The position numbers and the translations under genes were made by a program. The notes under the pieces are model-generated. The model searched no databases. It had not been told where the DNA came from and worked only from the letters and a program-made list of their open reading frames with translations. Below are positions 28,725 through 38,293 of a stretch of DNA of 64,000 bases, piece after piece. The DNA is taken from positions 32,001-96,000 of the IMG/VR virus record IMGVR_UViG_3300045988_168611; one strand, written 5' to 3'. How positions within the stretch are numbered: position 1 is the stretch's first letter; each line of letters opens with the position of its first letter. Origin of the DNA: a virus.

Positions 28725-29975
28725 TCAGTCGATGCCCATGGCTGCGATGACCGTGTTGATCTTGAGCGCGACACCGTCGCTCAGATGCATGAGCGTGTCG
28801 CAGTTCTTCTTATGGAGTGCGTCACTCGACCACAAGACAATGAGATCGTTGATGTGGCTCTGTTCGAGCTTGTCGAGTCGTGCATTCAACGCCTGGATAA
28901 TCACATGGTTGTCTTCGCGCTCGTACATAGCGAACACGAGGCAACCGGATGCGTCATTGTCGGTCATGGTTGCAACAACCTGGTTGACAGCATCAACGCT
29001 GGTCATCGCGGCCTTCTTGAGCTCGTTGTAGATGCGAGGCTTGACAACGCGCTGAGCATTGTTGTTACCCGTGCTGCCCTTGCTGAGCTCATCGCTGATG
29101 GCGCCCATCAGCAAGGTGGTGAACGAGGTGTTGCCGGTCATACCTTCGATGACCTCCTGGAGATAGGAGACATGTCGACCGTCTCGGGTCGTCGATGGAG
29201 TAGCCATGAGACTGGCAATCTCTTCGAATGACAGCACGTTGAGATACTGCGACACACCGTCGATCGTACGCGGAGTAGCGAACGGTCGAATCTCTTCGGT
29301 TCCGTCGAAAAGGTCGAAGACGGACACCGTGGCGTTGTCGTCATCATCGTCGTCTTGACCATCTGCGACAGCCTGCTCGTTGGTGTTCTTGACGAACACC
29401 GTCTCAGGGTGCTTTTCGAGCACAGTTTTCACGCACGGGTGAAGGTTCTTGTCGAGAACCTCGATAAGCGTCGACGCGTCGGGCGCAACGTTGATGATGG
29501 CGAATCGGGAGACCGACGCGTCATCAAGGGCAGTCACGTTGCCCTTGTCATTACCCGCCACGATAATGCGCAGGTTCTTAGGTAGATCCTCGTTACCAAT
29601 GCGACGCAGCGTCACAAGGGTGAGAGTTCCCGAAGTCACGTCAGACGTGGTTCGGTTGATCTCGTCAAGAAAGAGAATCGGCTGCTCGTTTGGGTTGTTC
29701 TTGGCGTAATTGATTGCCTGGGAGATGGTGTCATGTGGGAAGAACTTCTGGGACCAGATACCGGTCTTTTCGTCCAGAACAAGACGTGCGCCCGTCAGGT
29801 CAGCCTTGTCGGCCAACAGGTTGCACGGAAGCGTGAAGCACTTCGTGTTGGTGCGTCGTGCCACGTCTTCGACAAACGACGACTTGCCGATACCCGGCTC
29901 TCCCATGAGAGCAGGGACACGGTTAGCATCCAGTAGCTTGATCGTGGTGGTGACAAGCATCTCGTTGAATAGCAT
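28725..29975 (-). CDS. MoxR/AAA_5-type ATPase
   Basis: Walker A is ALMGEPGIGKSSFVEDVARR and Walker B is ILFLDEINRTTSDV. RIIVAGND is also present. It sits immediately upstream of a VWA protein, the classic MoxR-VWA pairing. Confidence 0.75.
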   Translation of the reverse strand: MLFNEMLVTTTIKLLDANRVPALMGEPGIGKSSFVEDVARRTNTKCFTLPCNLLADKADLTGARLVLDEKTGIWSQKFFPHDTISQAINYAKNNPNEQPILFLDEINRTTSDVTSGTLTLVTLRRIGNEDLPKNLRIIVAGNDKGNVTALDDASVSRFAIINVAPDASTLIEVLDKNLHPCVKTVLEKHPETVFVKNTNEQAVADGQDDDDDDNATVSVFDLFDGTEEIRPFATPRTIDGVSQYLNVLSFEEIASLMATPSTTRDGRHVSYLQEVIEGMTGNTSFTTLLMGAISDELSKGSTGNNNAQRVVKPRIYNELKKAAMTSVDAVNQVVATMTDNDASGCLVFAMYEREDNHVIIQALNARLDKLEQSHINDLIVLWSSDALHKKNCDTLMHLSDGVALKINTVIAAMGID

Positions 29976-29989
29976 GGGGTATTGCCTCC

Positions 29990-30012
29990 TGAATAAAGGT
30001 TGGTTGAATAAA
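29990..30012 (-). promoter_or_regulatory. TTTATTCA box pair upstream of the MoxR-like gene RBS
   Basis: The minus strand reads CTTTATTCAACCAACCTTTATTCAGGAGGCAATACCCCATG. Confidence 0.4.
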
Positions 30013-30203
30013 GAAGAAGAAGAAGATGGGAGTCAGACCGCGCCGTGAGGCGGTCTGACTCTCTATTTCTTGTCTCGGGTCGTACTTTGTACGACCACGC
30101 ATACGCACAACGTGCAGAGGGGTGCATAACTCTCACGAAAACCCTGGTGTTCCAGTAGAATAGGTACATACTGTTGAACATACATAGGAAAGGCGAGGGA
30201 GTT

Positions 30204-30944
30204 ATGCGGGGTTCGAATCACATCATTGCCGGATTGGCGATGCTCGGTATTGGACGCGCTGTTGTTGTGATTGGTGAGAATGCCGATCGTTCACGTGAGA
30301 TACCGTTGATTGACACAGAGGCGATAGAGGATAGCTACGGGGTTATCGACTCTGTTACATCGTGGGTATCTGATGGCCTGGATGCGCTTGGCGGGTCTAT
30401 CGCGTCATGGAGCACGTGGATCCATAGTTTGTTTGTGAGCGATGATGAACGCTGGTATATCAGTGTTGCGATCGGTCTCCCGCTGTTCATTGTTGGTACG
30501 GTGTTGGCGGATGCTGATTTGCCACACTCTCTTGCCGGGCGTTTTATGCTATGGGGAACGATGTGGCAGCGCAAGAACGCGAGCCGTTCTGCTGCAACGT
30601 CGCCTATCGCCCACAGAGGTTGGACACATACACTTTGGGTGTTGCTCGGAGTGGGTGTCTTGACTGCGATGGTGTCACCGATCTTTGTGTGGCTGTTGGC
30701 CGGTATGATGACCCATGTTCTGCTCGATGCTATGAGTATGGCTGGGTGGGTGTGGTACTACCCGCTGATACCGTCGACATGGGAGATTATCGAGAGAGGT
30801 GACACGCGGATCGTTGTGTCAACCCGACGACGGAGTGTTGTCGGTGATCGCTTGAGGTATCACGCTGGTGTGCCGTGGCTGGAGCATGTGTATGTTGCAG
30901 TGCTCGTTGCTGGAGCTATCGGCGCAACGTGGTACACGTGGTGA
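30204..30944 (+). CDS. Membrane-bound metal-dependent hydrolase family protein (YdjM/DUF457-like)
   Basis: ATG at 30204 follows GGCGAGGGAG. The N-terminus is SNHIIAGLAML. Later motifs are IAHRGWTHTLW and MTHVLLDAMSMAGWVWYYP, with several TM helices. Confidence 0.6.
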   Translation: MRGSNHIIAGLAMLGIGRAVVVIGENADRSREIPLIDTEAIEDSYGVIDSVTSWVSDGLDALGGSIASWSTWIHSLFVSDDERWYISVAIGLPLFIVGTVLADADLPHSLAGRFMLWGTMWQRKNASRSAATSPIAHRGWTHTLWVLLGVGVLTAMVSPIFVWLLAGMMTHVLLDAMSMAGWVWYYPLIPSTWEIIERGDTRIVVSTRRRSVVGDRLRYHAGVPWLEHVYVAVLVAGAIGATWYTW

Positions 30945-30960
30945 CAGTGAGTACGGTAAT

Positions 30961-30999
30961 AGGCCCTGAGAGCGGTGTGGTAGCCAATCTCAGGGCCTA
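30961..30999. terminator. Bidirectional terminator between convergent genes
   Basis: AGGCCCTGAGA pairs with TCTCAGGGCCT around a 17-nt loop. Confidence 0.55.
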
Positions 31000-31006
31000 T
31001 TGCTTG

Positions 31007-31429
31007 TTACGAAGAGCTTTCGCTGGAGTTGACATCGTCAATGATCCAGTCAAGGACGCGATCGCATACCTCGTTGAAGAGTTCCCATGCTCGTTCGTCA
31101 TTGATTGACGAAATGAGAGCATTGAGATTGCCATCATCCATGGACTTGATTTTGTCACGGGCATCAAGAACCCGTTTGTTATCGGGGTCACTTGCGTTGA
31201 GTGTAGTGATGAGGAATCCCAGCTTTTCTCGAATGACGGAAGCGTCAATGGTGATGCCTCGGGTGTACTTTTCGGGCTGAAGATCGTATACATCGTAGTC
31301 AATTTCATACGGAAAACCGTAGTCTTCGTCGTAATGAATACGTTCGTTGAGGACTATCTCAGCATTGTCGATAGTGTCAGTGGTGACGGTGACAATAGTG
31401 TTGTAGCGGTTCATGTTTTCAGTCGTCAT
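31007..31429 (-). CDS. Hypothetical acidic protein (140 aa)
   Basis: AGGAG lies 6 nt before the ATG. It overlaps the upstream gene by 11 nt. Confidence 0.6.
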   Translation of the reverse strand: MTTENMNRYNTIVTVTTDTIDNAEIVLNERIHYDEDYGFPYEIDYDVYDLQPEKYTRGITIDASVIREKLGFLITTLNASDPDNKRVLDARDKIKSMDDGNLNALISSINDERAWELFNEVCDRVLDWIIDDVNSSESSS

Positions 31430-31745
31430 GGGGATCTCCTAATAGTTTCTTACATACATCGGGTGTGGTGAATTCGTTAAACAACGGCATCATGAGAGCT
31501 TTGCGGGCAATATATTCCAAGACTTCAGGGAGTCTAATATATTTCCATGCTCTGAGACCACCCATGGGGTAGCGTACCGAATGATCTGGCAAGGTGATAT
31601 AGTCAGGCCCCTTATTGTCATACCAAGCACGCCAAACACGTAGTTGTGCAGGTGAGATTTCAAGAAATTCAGCTGCTTGTTCGGTAGTCAGTAGATCGGA
31701 GTTAGCCAAATTAGCAAAGTCTTTACCCATTAGTGTTTCTTTCAT
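31419..31745 (-). CDS. Small HTH protein (MerR/excisionase-like helix-turn-helix)
   Basis: LLTTEQAAEFLEISPAQLRVWR resembles HTH_17/Xis-type recognition helices. The RBS is weak. Confidence 0.5.
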   Translation of the reverse strand: MKETLMGKDFANLANSDLLTTEQAAEFLEISPAQLRVWRAWYDNKGPDYITLPDHSVRYPMGGLRAWKYIRLPEVLEYIARKALMMPLFNEFTTPDVCKKLLGDPHDD

Positions 31746-31754
31746 TTGGTATTT

Positions 31755-32342
31755 TTAGACGATCGGGCGCAACATATCCCTGATGCCGCAGATGAGTGCA
31801 GCGAGACCGTCAAGACCCTTAGCGTTTCGGTCGTAGGTCAAGTGTCGCGTATCTGTCCCGTGGGACAGATAGAGATCCCCAAGGGACCGAGAGCAATGCT
31901 CGATCATCACGTAGTCGCAGTCGTCGGATAGTGAACAGTCGATGTCATCGATCCCAGGAATGGTGTTCAGGAGGGTGACGGTATCTCGGATGCAATCCTT
32001 GAAGTTGAGAGTGTCAACGTAAGACTGGAATGTCTCAGCGAATTCATCGATGCTCTCCATAATGTCAGGGTGGTTGTGTGCGAGTTCCTTGAGCACGCTG
32101 ATCATGTTGTGTTGATCGGCATCCATGAAGCTCTGGGGGTACACCCGAGCTTCGCGCACAGAGAGCAGTTGTGACGGGTGGGTCGCTGTGCTCATCTGTC
32201 GGAAATAGTCACAGTTGATGATGGCTTCGACCAACGTCGGCGCTTCGATGATTTGACTCTTTGGGGTGTACCTTCCCAGATTCTCATCGTACTGGTCGAG
32301 GACGATGATGTACTGTTTGTTCTTTCGTTCGGAGAGCAGCAT
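31755..32342 (-). CDS. Hypothetical protein (195 aa)
   Basis: A co-oriented ORF with AAAGAGG before the ATG. No motif recognised. Confidence 0.55.
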   Translation of the reverse strand: MLLSERKNKQYIIVLDQYDENLGRYTPKSQIIEAPTLVEAIINCDYFRQMSTATHPSQLLSVREARVYPQSFMDADQHNMISVLKELAHNHPDIMESIDEFAETFQSYVDTLNFKDCIRDTVTLLNTIPGIDDIDCSLSDDCDYVMIEHCSRSLGDLYLSHGTDTRHLTYDRNAKGLDGLAALICGIRDMLRPIV

Positions 32343-32368
32343 GTTGCACCTCTTTCTTTGTCGTCGGT

Positions 32369-33394
32369 CTATTCGTTAGTTTCTCGCGTTGCGACAACAC
32401 GGGTTGCAAGGTTGAGCAACAACGGCATGTCACTGCGAGTCTCATCATGCTTGGCGCGATGTTCTAGGTAATGATCAAGAGTCTCGTAAATCAACCATGA
32501 GGCTGTTGCGTTGTCGACAACGATGCTGTTCATCGCGATGCTGTCACCCGATGGCAAGCTGATCGTCTGTGGACTCACGCGCAACTGCAACAAGTTGTTG
32601 TAAATGTATTGCGCATAGGCCCATTCGTAGCGAGAGTGATCATGCTCGAAATTGTCGAGCGTGCGACCGAAGAAGCGCGAACGAGCAATGAGAGTATGGA
32701 GAACCGGTTCATACCAATCGTGGTTTGGCCGCTTATCGGTGTTGATGTCAATGCTGTCGTATGTGGCGACCGGTGCATTGTTGATCTCTTCAGCAACAGA
32801 ACGCCACAGGCTATCCCACTTGTCGTAATCAATAGCTGATGCCACGGGCATCGGTGTGGGGTTGCGCGTATAGGTGACGAAATGGTTGCTCTGGAGGATT
32901 TCCCACCAGCCGTGTGGACCCTTCAAGACTGCTTTGTTGGCTGCGATCGGCAAGCTATGGAACGATCGAGGCAAGGGGAGAATGAGATGGTAGCCCTTAC
33001 CAGACAGTGACGTTTCTGCGTAGAGAGCGCCGATGGCGAGAAGCTCATCGCGTACGTCGTCGGGACATGTCTTCTCGATGTCGAGAACGACGCATCCCTG
33101 CGAAGGGGCGTCGACAAACATAGCACAATTAGCGGCTGTAGGGAGACCAGCGGTGAGTTCATCGAGAGTGACGAGCACGCGTTCATCGCGCGCCCATGCG
33201 CCGCGCACAGGGCCTGGGTGTGAGCATTGTTCGGAGCAACCGGTGAGCAGATGCTTGATGTCGATTGGCATCTTTGAGGTTGGATCTGACACCGTCCAGA
33301 TGGCACGAGGGCCAAGTACATGCGTGATGATCTCGTTGTTATAGAACGAGGGGAACGCAGTACGGGGGTTGAATGTGTCTGAAGACACGGTCAT
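32369..33394 (-). CDS. Archaeo-eukaryotic primase (AEP) / primase-polymerase-like protein
   Basis: ATG at 33394 follows GAAAGGG (the track start at 33517 lacks an RBS). AEP-like motif I is GCVVLDIEKT. Motif II is ETSLSGKGYHLILPL. Downstream lies GWWEILQSNHFVTYT. Confidence 0.55.
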   Translation of the reverse strand: MTVSSDTFNPRTAFPSFYNNEIITHVLGPRAIWTVSDPTSKMPIDIKHLLTGCSEQCSHPGPVRGAWARDERVLVTLDELTAGLPTAANCAMFVDAPSQGCVVLDIEKTCPDDVRDELLAIGALYAETSLSGKGYHLILPLPRSFHSLPIAANKAVLKGPHGWWEILQSNHFVTYTRNPTPMPVASAIDYDKWDSLWRSVAEEINNAPVATYDSIDINTDKRPNHDWYEPVLHTLIARSRFFGRTLDNFEHDHSRYEWAYAQYIYNNLLQLRVSPQTISLPSGDSIAMNSIVVDNATASWLIYETLDHYLEHRAKHDETRSDMPLLLNLATRVVATRETNE

Positions 33395-33542
33395 GAGTAG
33401 AGCCCTTTCGTGTCGACATGTGATGTTGATGAGAGATGGGAAAGACGGGGAGAACGATGAGACGGATGCTGCTATTACTGCGTGGTGCAGTATGGAAGCA
33501 GCATCCGTCTCAATCATGTGTCGTTGACTCTATGAGCCTCTG

Positions 33543-34571
33543 TCAGATGGCCCAGGGGGAATCGACAGACGCCTCAGGAGCAACCGGCTGAGGCTGAGCC
33601 TCGGGGGTCACGCCGAAGGCAGACGCAGGATCGGCCTGAACGGGAGCCTGCTGCTGCGCGACAGCGTTGAGAATCTGTGCGGCCTGCGGATTAGGCGCAG
33701 CCTGTGCAGCAGCCGGAACCACAGGAACAGCGGGCGCAACGGGCGCGACAGCCTGGGTCACCGGGGCGGGCATTGCCAGCCCCGAGGTGGCGTCGACCAC
33801 CGTGTTCTGGGGCGCAGCCTGCTGAACAATGGGAGCAGCAGCAACAACCGGAACAGCAGGAGAGACAGGCTGGGCAACAGCCGGAGCCACAGGAGCGGCG
33901 ACGGGTGCGGCAACCTGCTGGGCAGGCTCGTTCACGACAACGCCTTCCTGGGCGACGATCGGGCCGCTCAGCGTGATGCCGAGAGCCGCGAGTGCGTTGT
34001 TGTTAACAGCAGAATTGCCACCAGTGAACCATTCGGGCTCGCCATCGAAGATGATGGTCTGAAGGCCGATGCCGTTGTTGGCGTTCATACCAGACGAGTA
34101 GACGTTGAGAACAACGGTGACGAGCTGATCTCGTGCTGGCTCCGTTGGCATCGACATGGCCGACGCAGGGATCTCATCGTCCGTAATCTGCACAGCCTTG
34201 CCGTCGACAACCTTGAGAAGAACCGGCAAGCGGTTCCCCTTGTTGTCAATGCTCCAACGATTGCCTAGTTCGGGCTTATCGGGAGTCTGGAACAAACGCT
34301 CATAGACGTAGTACTCTTCCAGATCAGGCTGGCCATCGGGACTCTTGAAGACGACCTCAACGTTAGATAGCGAGAGCCGCGTGAGCGGCTTGTTGCGGTC
34401 CAACGGGTAGAACGGTGCACCGGGCTTGCGCTTAGCACGACGGGTCTCGTTGAGCTTGTCGATGTCTTCAGGTCCCATGAGACTGCGCACACGGGCGTAT
34501 TCGATCTTGCCTCGGAGGATGATCGTAGAACCAGGGCGGATCTGCGATGCGGAAATCTGATGCTGAGCCAT
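33543..34571 (-). CDS. Phage-type ssDNA-binding protein (DUF2815 / T7 gp2.5-like) with long A/P/V/Q-rich tail
   Basis: The N-terminal about 190 aa include STIILRGKIEYARV... and LVTVVLNVYSSGMNANNGIGLQTIIFDGEPEW, which fits the family pattern V.iN.Y.....N.GI..gL..vq...dGEP. About 140 aa of low-complexity sequence follow, ending SVDSPWAI. The gene sits within the replication cluster. Confidence 0.5.
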   Translation of the reverse strand: MAQHQISASQIRPGSTIILRGKIEYARVRSLMGPEDIDKLNETRRAKRKPGAPFYPLDRNKPLTRLSLSNVEVVFKSPDGQPDLEEYYVYERLFQTPDKPELGNRWSIDNKGNRLPVLLKVVDGKAVQITDDEIPASAMSMPTEPARDQLVTVVLNVYSSGMNANNGIGLQTIIFDGEPEWFTGGNSAVNNNALAALGITLSGPIVAQEGVVVNEPAQQVAAPVAAPVAPAVAQPVSPAVPVVAAAPIVQQAAPQNTVVDATSGLAMPAPVTQAVAPVAPAVPVVPAAAQAAPNPQAAQILNAVAQQQAPVQADPASAFGVTPEAQPQPVAPEASVDSPWAI

Positions 34572-34712
34572 AATATTGGTCTCCTTCGTGTTATATGTAT
34601 GCGGATTGGATTATCCTGCTACACCAGTATAATCCATCCTTTTCTGACGCATGCGTGTATGATTGTTTGTGAGAGAATCTCACGTACACGTAACATCAGA
34701 AAGGAGGGTGTC

Positions 34713-35207
34713 ATGGGAGAGGATAAGAAGAGTGTTTCTTCAGTGAAGAACCCCAATGCTGTCTTTGTCGCATTGGGTGTCGTAGCTGTGGTGATCTTGG
34801 CTGTGTTGATGGCTGTGTGGTCCCACATCGGGTACCAACGACCAGCAACACAGTCTCAAGCCCACTCTGACCATCAAGTTTCTTCTCAATCACCCTCGGG
34901 ACGCGGTAGCGTCTCCGAGAATCAACAATCGGGTGTACCACCGGTGAAACCGGTGGACACTCAAAAACCGTCTGAAACGCCAGGGGATGAGAAAGATCCG
35001 GTTCCCCCGGCGGTTCAGCCTGTCGATGGTAGCAATGTCAACGATGGCAGGGGTGCCAGCATTTATATCGTGCAGCCGGGGGATACGCTGTCGAGTATCT
35101 CGGCGGCGACCGGCGTGAGTGTCGACAAGATCGCTCAGGCTAACAGTCTTGTCGATGTCAATCGCATCTACAAGGATTCGGCCCTGGTGATCCCGCCGTC
35201 TCAGTGA
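34713..35207 (+). CDS. Membrane-anchored LysM-domain protein
   Basis: ATG at 34713 follows AAGGAGG (34701-34707). The TM helix is AVFVALGVVAVVILAVLMAVW. The C-terminal LysM domain is YIVQPGDTLSSISAATGVSVDKIAQANSLVDVNRIYKDSALVIP. Confidence 0.8.
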   Translation: MGEDKKSVSSVKNPNAVFVALGVVAVVILAVLMAVWSHIGYQRPATQSQAHSDHQVSSQSPSGRGSVSENQQSGVPPVKPVDTQKPSETPGDEKDPVPPAVQPVDGSNVNDGRGASIYIVQPGDTLSSISAATGVSVDKIAQANSLVDVNRIYKDSALVIPPSQ

Positions 35208-35228
35208 TCTGATAGCGCGATGCACCCA

Positions 35229-35264
35229 CCAACACCCAGCCATTTGGCTGGGTGTTGGTTTTTA
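35229..35264. terminator. Bidirectional terminator
   Basis: CCAACACCCAGCC pairs with GGCTGGGTGTTGG around loop ATTT, followed by TTTTTA. Confidence 0.7.
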
Positions 35265-36593
35265 TGCACCCTCATGGGTATCGAGTTGGGTGAGACTTTC
35301 GATTGCTTGCAGTCGACGAGCGATGACTGTTTCATGGCCGATACCTGCGCCATCGAGACGGAAGATCGCAGCGTCTGGCTGACCAATGAGATCATCGGGG
35401 AGATACGTCTGAGCCACGACATGGTGCGGGTAGTCGTGGGGATACTTGTACCCCACACCGTTGCCGTATAGCTTCTTGGCGTCTTGGTAGTGTGCGTCGG
35501 CTAGATGCCCCGGCACAGGCAATGAGCCTGTGGTTCGCACCAGCTCGATTGCTCGATCGATCGCTTGGTAGGTAGCGTTCGACTTAGGAGCCGTGGCAAC
35601 TGCGAGTGCTGCCTCAGCCAGCGGGATGCGCGCTTCTGGTAGTCCGATGAGCGCGACGCACTGTTGTGCAGCAACAGCAAGAGGCAGCACAGATGGGTCT
35701 GCGAGGCCCACATCTTCAGCTGCGTGGATGACGATTCGCCTGGCGATGAATCTAGGGTCTTCGCCTCCTTCAATGAGTCTGGCCAACCAGTACAGCGTTG
35801 CATCGGGATCGGAGCCCCTCATGGACTTGATGAAAGCAGACACGATGTTGTAGTGCTGGTCCCCATCGCGGTCGTAACGCTGGATAGCGTGTGGCGCAAG
35901 AGATGTCAGCATGTCGATTGTGGCGGGTTGATTGCCACGCACGGCATCGAGAGTCTCCAAAAGCGTGAGCGCTTGTCGGGCATCGCCCGATGCATTCATA
36001 GCAATGGTACGAAGAACGTCATCGGGGATGGATGTGTCCTGTGGATCATGGCCTAGTCCATCTGGATGATGAATGGCCCGCTGGAGGATCTTGTAGATGT
36101 CGTCATCGGTGAGCGTTGACAGCGTGACGACAATGCACCGGGACAAGAGCGCGCTGTTGACGGAGAAGCTAGGGTTCTCCGTCGTTGCACCGACAAGCCT
36201 GATAACGCCGTGTTCGGCCCCAGGAAGCAGCACGTCTTGCTGCGACTTGGAGAACCGATGGATCTCGTCGATGAAGACGATCGTTGGTGTGCCGTCTTCA
36301 TTCAGATGATGCTGCGCGTCGGTGAGAACCTTTCGCACATCTGACACTTTGGCTGAGGTTGCTGATAATTCAACAAAGTGAATTCCGGCTGTTTCAGCCA
36401 TGATGCGCGCGATCGTCGTTTTCCCACTTGCCGGAGGGGCGTACATGATGACGCTGATAGGTGGGGCGGATACATCGAGCATGTGGCGAATGATGGATCC
36501 TTCACCTAATGCAGCGTCCTGGCCAATAACGTCATCGATCGATGTCGGTCGAACTCTGACAGCTAAAGGTTGTCTGTGTTGAGGTCGGCTCAT
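35262..36593 (-). CDS. rarA: Replication-associated recombination protein A (RarA/MgsA AAA+ ATPase)
   Basis: ATG at 36593 follows AAGAGGTGA. Motifs: RPTSIDDVIGQD, MYAPPASGKTTIARIMA, IVFIDEIHRFSKSQQDVLLP, RLVGATTENPSFSVNSALLSRC, HYNIVSAFIKSMRGSDPDA. Confidence 0.9.
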   Translation of the reverse strand: MSRPQHRQPLAVRVRPTSIDDVIGQDAALGEGSIIRHMLDVSAPPISVIMYAPPASGKTTIARIMAETAGIHFVELSATSAKVSDVRKVLTDAQHHLNEDGTPTIVFIDEIHRFSKSQQDVLLPGAEHGVIRLVGATTENPSFSVNSALLSRCIVVTLSTLTDDDIYKILQRAIHHPDGLGHDPQDTSIPDDVLRTIAMNASGDARQALTLLETLDAVRGNQPATIDMLTSLAPHAIQRYDRDGDQHYNIVSAFIKSMRGSDPDATLYWLARLIEGGEDPRFIARRIVIHAAEDVGLADPSVLPLAVAAQQCVALIGLPEARIPLAEAALAVATAPKSNATYQAIDRAIELVRTTGSLPVPGHLADAHYQDAKKLYGNGVGYKYPHDYPHHVVAQTYLPDDLIGQPDAAIFRLDGAGIGHETVIARRLQAIESLTQLDTHEGA

Positions 36594-36690
36594 GGTGATC
36601 ACCTCTTTCTCGTTGATATGGGGACGCAACGGCCCAGATTTACCTGAGTGGTTATCCAGGCCGTTGCGTGAATGTGATGGTGTTACATCA

Positions 36691-38262
36691 TCACGTCATG
36701 ATGTCTTCGACGGTCTTCTCGACAGCATCGATGAGAGATTGCTGCAAGTGCTCTTTCTTCTCTAGGGCACCTGGGAGTTTCTCGTCGATCGTGCCTCGTG
36801 TGAGGATCTGATAGACGTTCACCGGATGTTGCTGACCCACACGATGCAGTCGTTTGTTCGTCTGCATGTAGTGCTCTAGCGACGCCGGAAGCGTGTACCA
36901 CACGAGGGTGTGACCACCATCTTGCAGGTTGAGCCCGTGCCCGGCAGATGCCGGGTGGATGAGCATGACCTGGATCTCACCGCGATTCCATGCTTCGTAC
37001 ATATCACGGGTGCCGTCAAAGACACGCACGTCATAGCCGTGGAACATGAGGTAGTTCGTGATGATGTCACGATCGCACGTGAAGTAATACGCGATGAGGA
37101 CAGGGCTATCCTGCTGTCTGAGTAGATGCAACAGAGCTGTTACCTTGGCATTGTGCACGATCGCATACTGCCTCCCGTTGGGCGCAGTCAGAGACTGTGA
37201 CGCGGTAGGGAGCATCGAGACATCGATGCGTACGCCGAACTGTTGGAGTTCTTCTTCGGTCTCTACGTCCTCGGTGTCATCGAGATAGATGGTTCCCGAA
37301 GCAAGCTGCACAAGCTTGGTGCGCAGCACTGCCTTGTTGGTTGCAGACACAGAGCTCAGCGTCCGGTCAGCTTGCGGATCGATACCTGCTGATTGGGCGA
37401 TGTCGAGGACCAAGGTGTTGGCCAGCGTTCGGTATGCCTGACGTGAGTTGTTGCTCATGTCGACCATGATGTTGTGGAACGTCATGTCCGGGATCGGCTT
37501 GCGAGCAACTGTTGGAGCACTCATCACTAGGTGGTTGATACGCTGGTAGATCGCTTCTTTCGCACCAGGGCGAGGTTGCCAGTTGACCTGTGTACCGTTG
37601 GCGAGACGCACTTTCGATTCGAAGTACGTCATACGGTACTGGGTCATTGTTGGTCCAAGCGCTTGGCCCATATCGAGTAGATAGACTTGCGACCACAGGT
37701 CTTCCAGGCTGTTGGGCGCTGGTGTGCCCGATAGGAGCACCATGCGTGAGATCTGGCTACGTACAGCTCTGACAGCCTTGAATCGCTGCGATGACGCTGA
37801 TTTGAAGCCCTGGGACTCGTCAATGATGACGGTCGGGAAGGGCCAGATCGGTGTCGGGAGCTTCTTACGATCGCGTGGATCAAGGGGTGGTAGCCATGTG
37901 ACGAGATCGTAGATGAGCTCCTGGTTGATGAACCAAAGCGTTGGGGGTGTCGACGGATCGAGAAGCTCAGCGTAACGACTGAGTCGTTGTTCGCGGGAGA
38001 GCTTGCGATCCTTTTCGTCGACGATCAACGATCGAGCACGAACGTTGACACCCCATTTTTCGATCTCGGAGATCCACGAGAGCCTGGCGATCTTGATGGG
38101 TGCAATGATCAGCACATGCCCTGCTGGTTGGATTTTGGAGAGCGCATGAAGCGTTGCCAGTGACTTGCCACCTGACATATCCAGGAAGACGCCCGCATAG
38201 GGCCTCGTCTGGATGAACTGGGAAGCAGCGGCTTGCTGATCCATCAGCACAGGGAATCCCAT
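36691..38262 (-). CDS. SNF2-family helicase
   Basis: Motifs: VIIDESQGFKS (DExx), LLSGTPAPNSLEDLWSQVYLLD, LIHPASAGHGLNLQDGGHTLVWYTLPASLEHYMQTNKRLHRVGQ. Confidence 0.85.
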   Translation of the reverse strand: MGFPVLMDQQAAASQFIQTRPYAGVFLDMSGGKSLATLHALSKIQPAGHVLIIAPIKIARLSWISEIEKWGVNVRARSLIVDEKDRKLSREQRLSRYAELLDPSTPPTLWFINQELIYDLVTWLPPLDPRDRKKLPTPIWPFPTVIIDESQGFKSASSQRFKAVRAVRSQISRMVLLSGTPAPNSLEDLWSQVYLLDMGQALGPTMTQYRMTYFESKVRLANGTQVNWQPRPGAKEAIYQRINHLVMSAPTVARKPIPDMTFHNIMVDMSNNSRQAYRTLANTLVLDIAQSAGIDPQADRTLSSVSATNKAVLRTKLVQLASGTIYLDDTEDVETEEELQQFGVRIDVSMLPTASQSLTAPNGRQYAIVHNAKVTALLHLLRQQDSPVLIAYYFTCDRDIITNYLMFHGYDVRVFDGTRDMYEAWNRGEIQVMLIHPASAGHGLNLQDGGHTLVWYTLPASLEHYMQTNKRLHRVGQQHPVNVYQILTRGTIDEKLPGALEKKEHLQQSLIDAVEKTVEDIMT

Positions 38263-38293
38263 ATGAAGCCCTCCTTTCTATTTGCGTTTTGGG

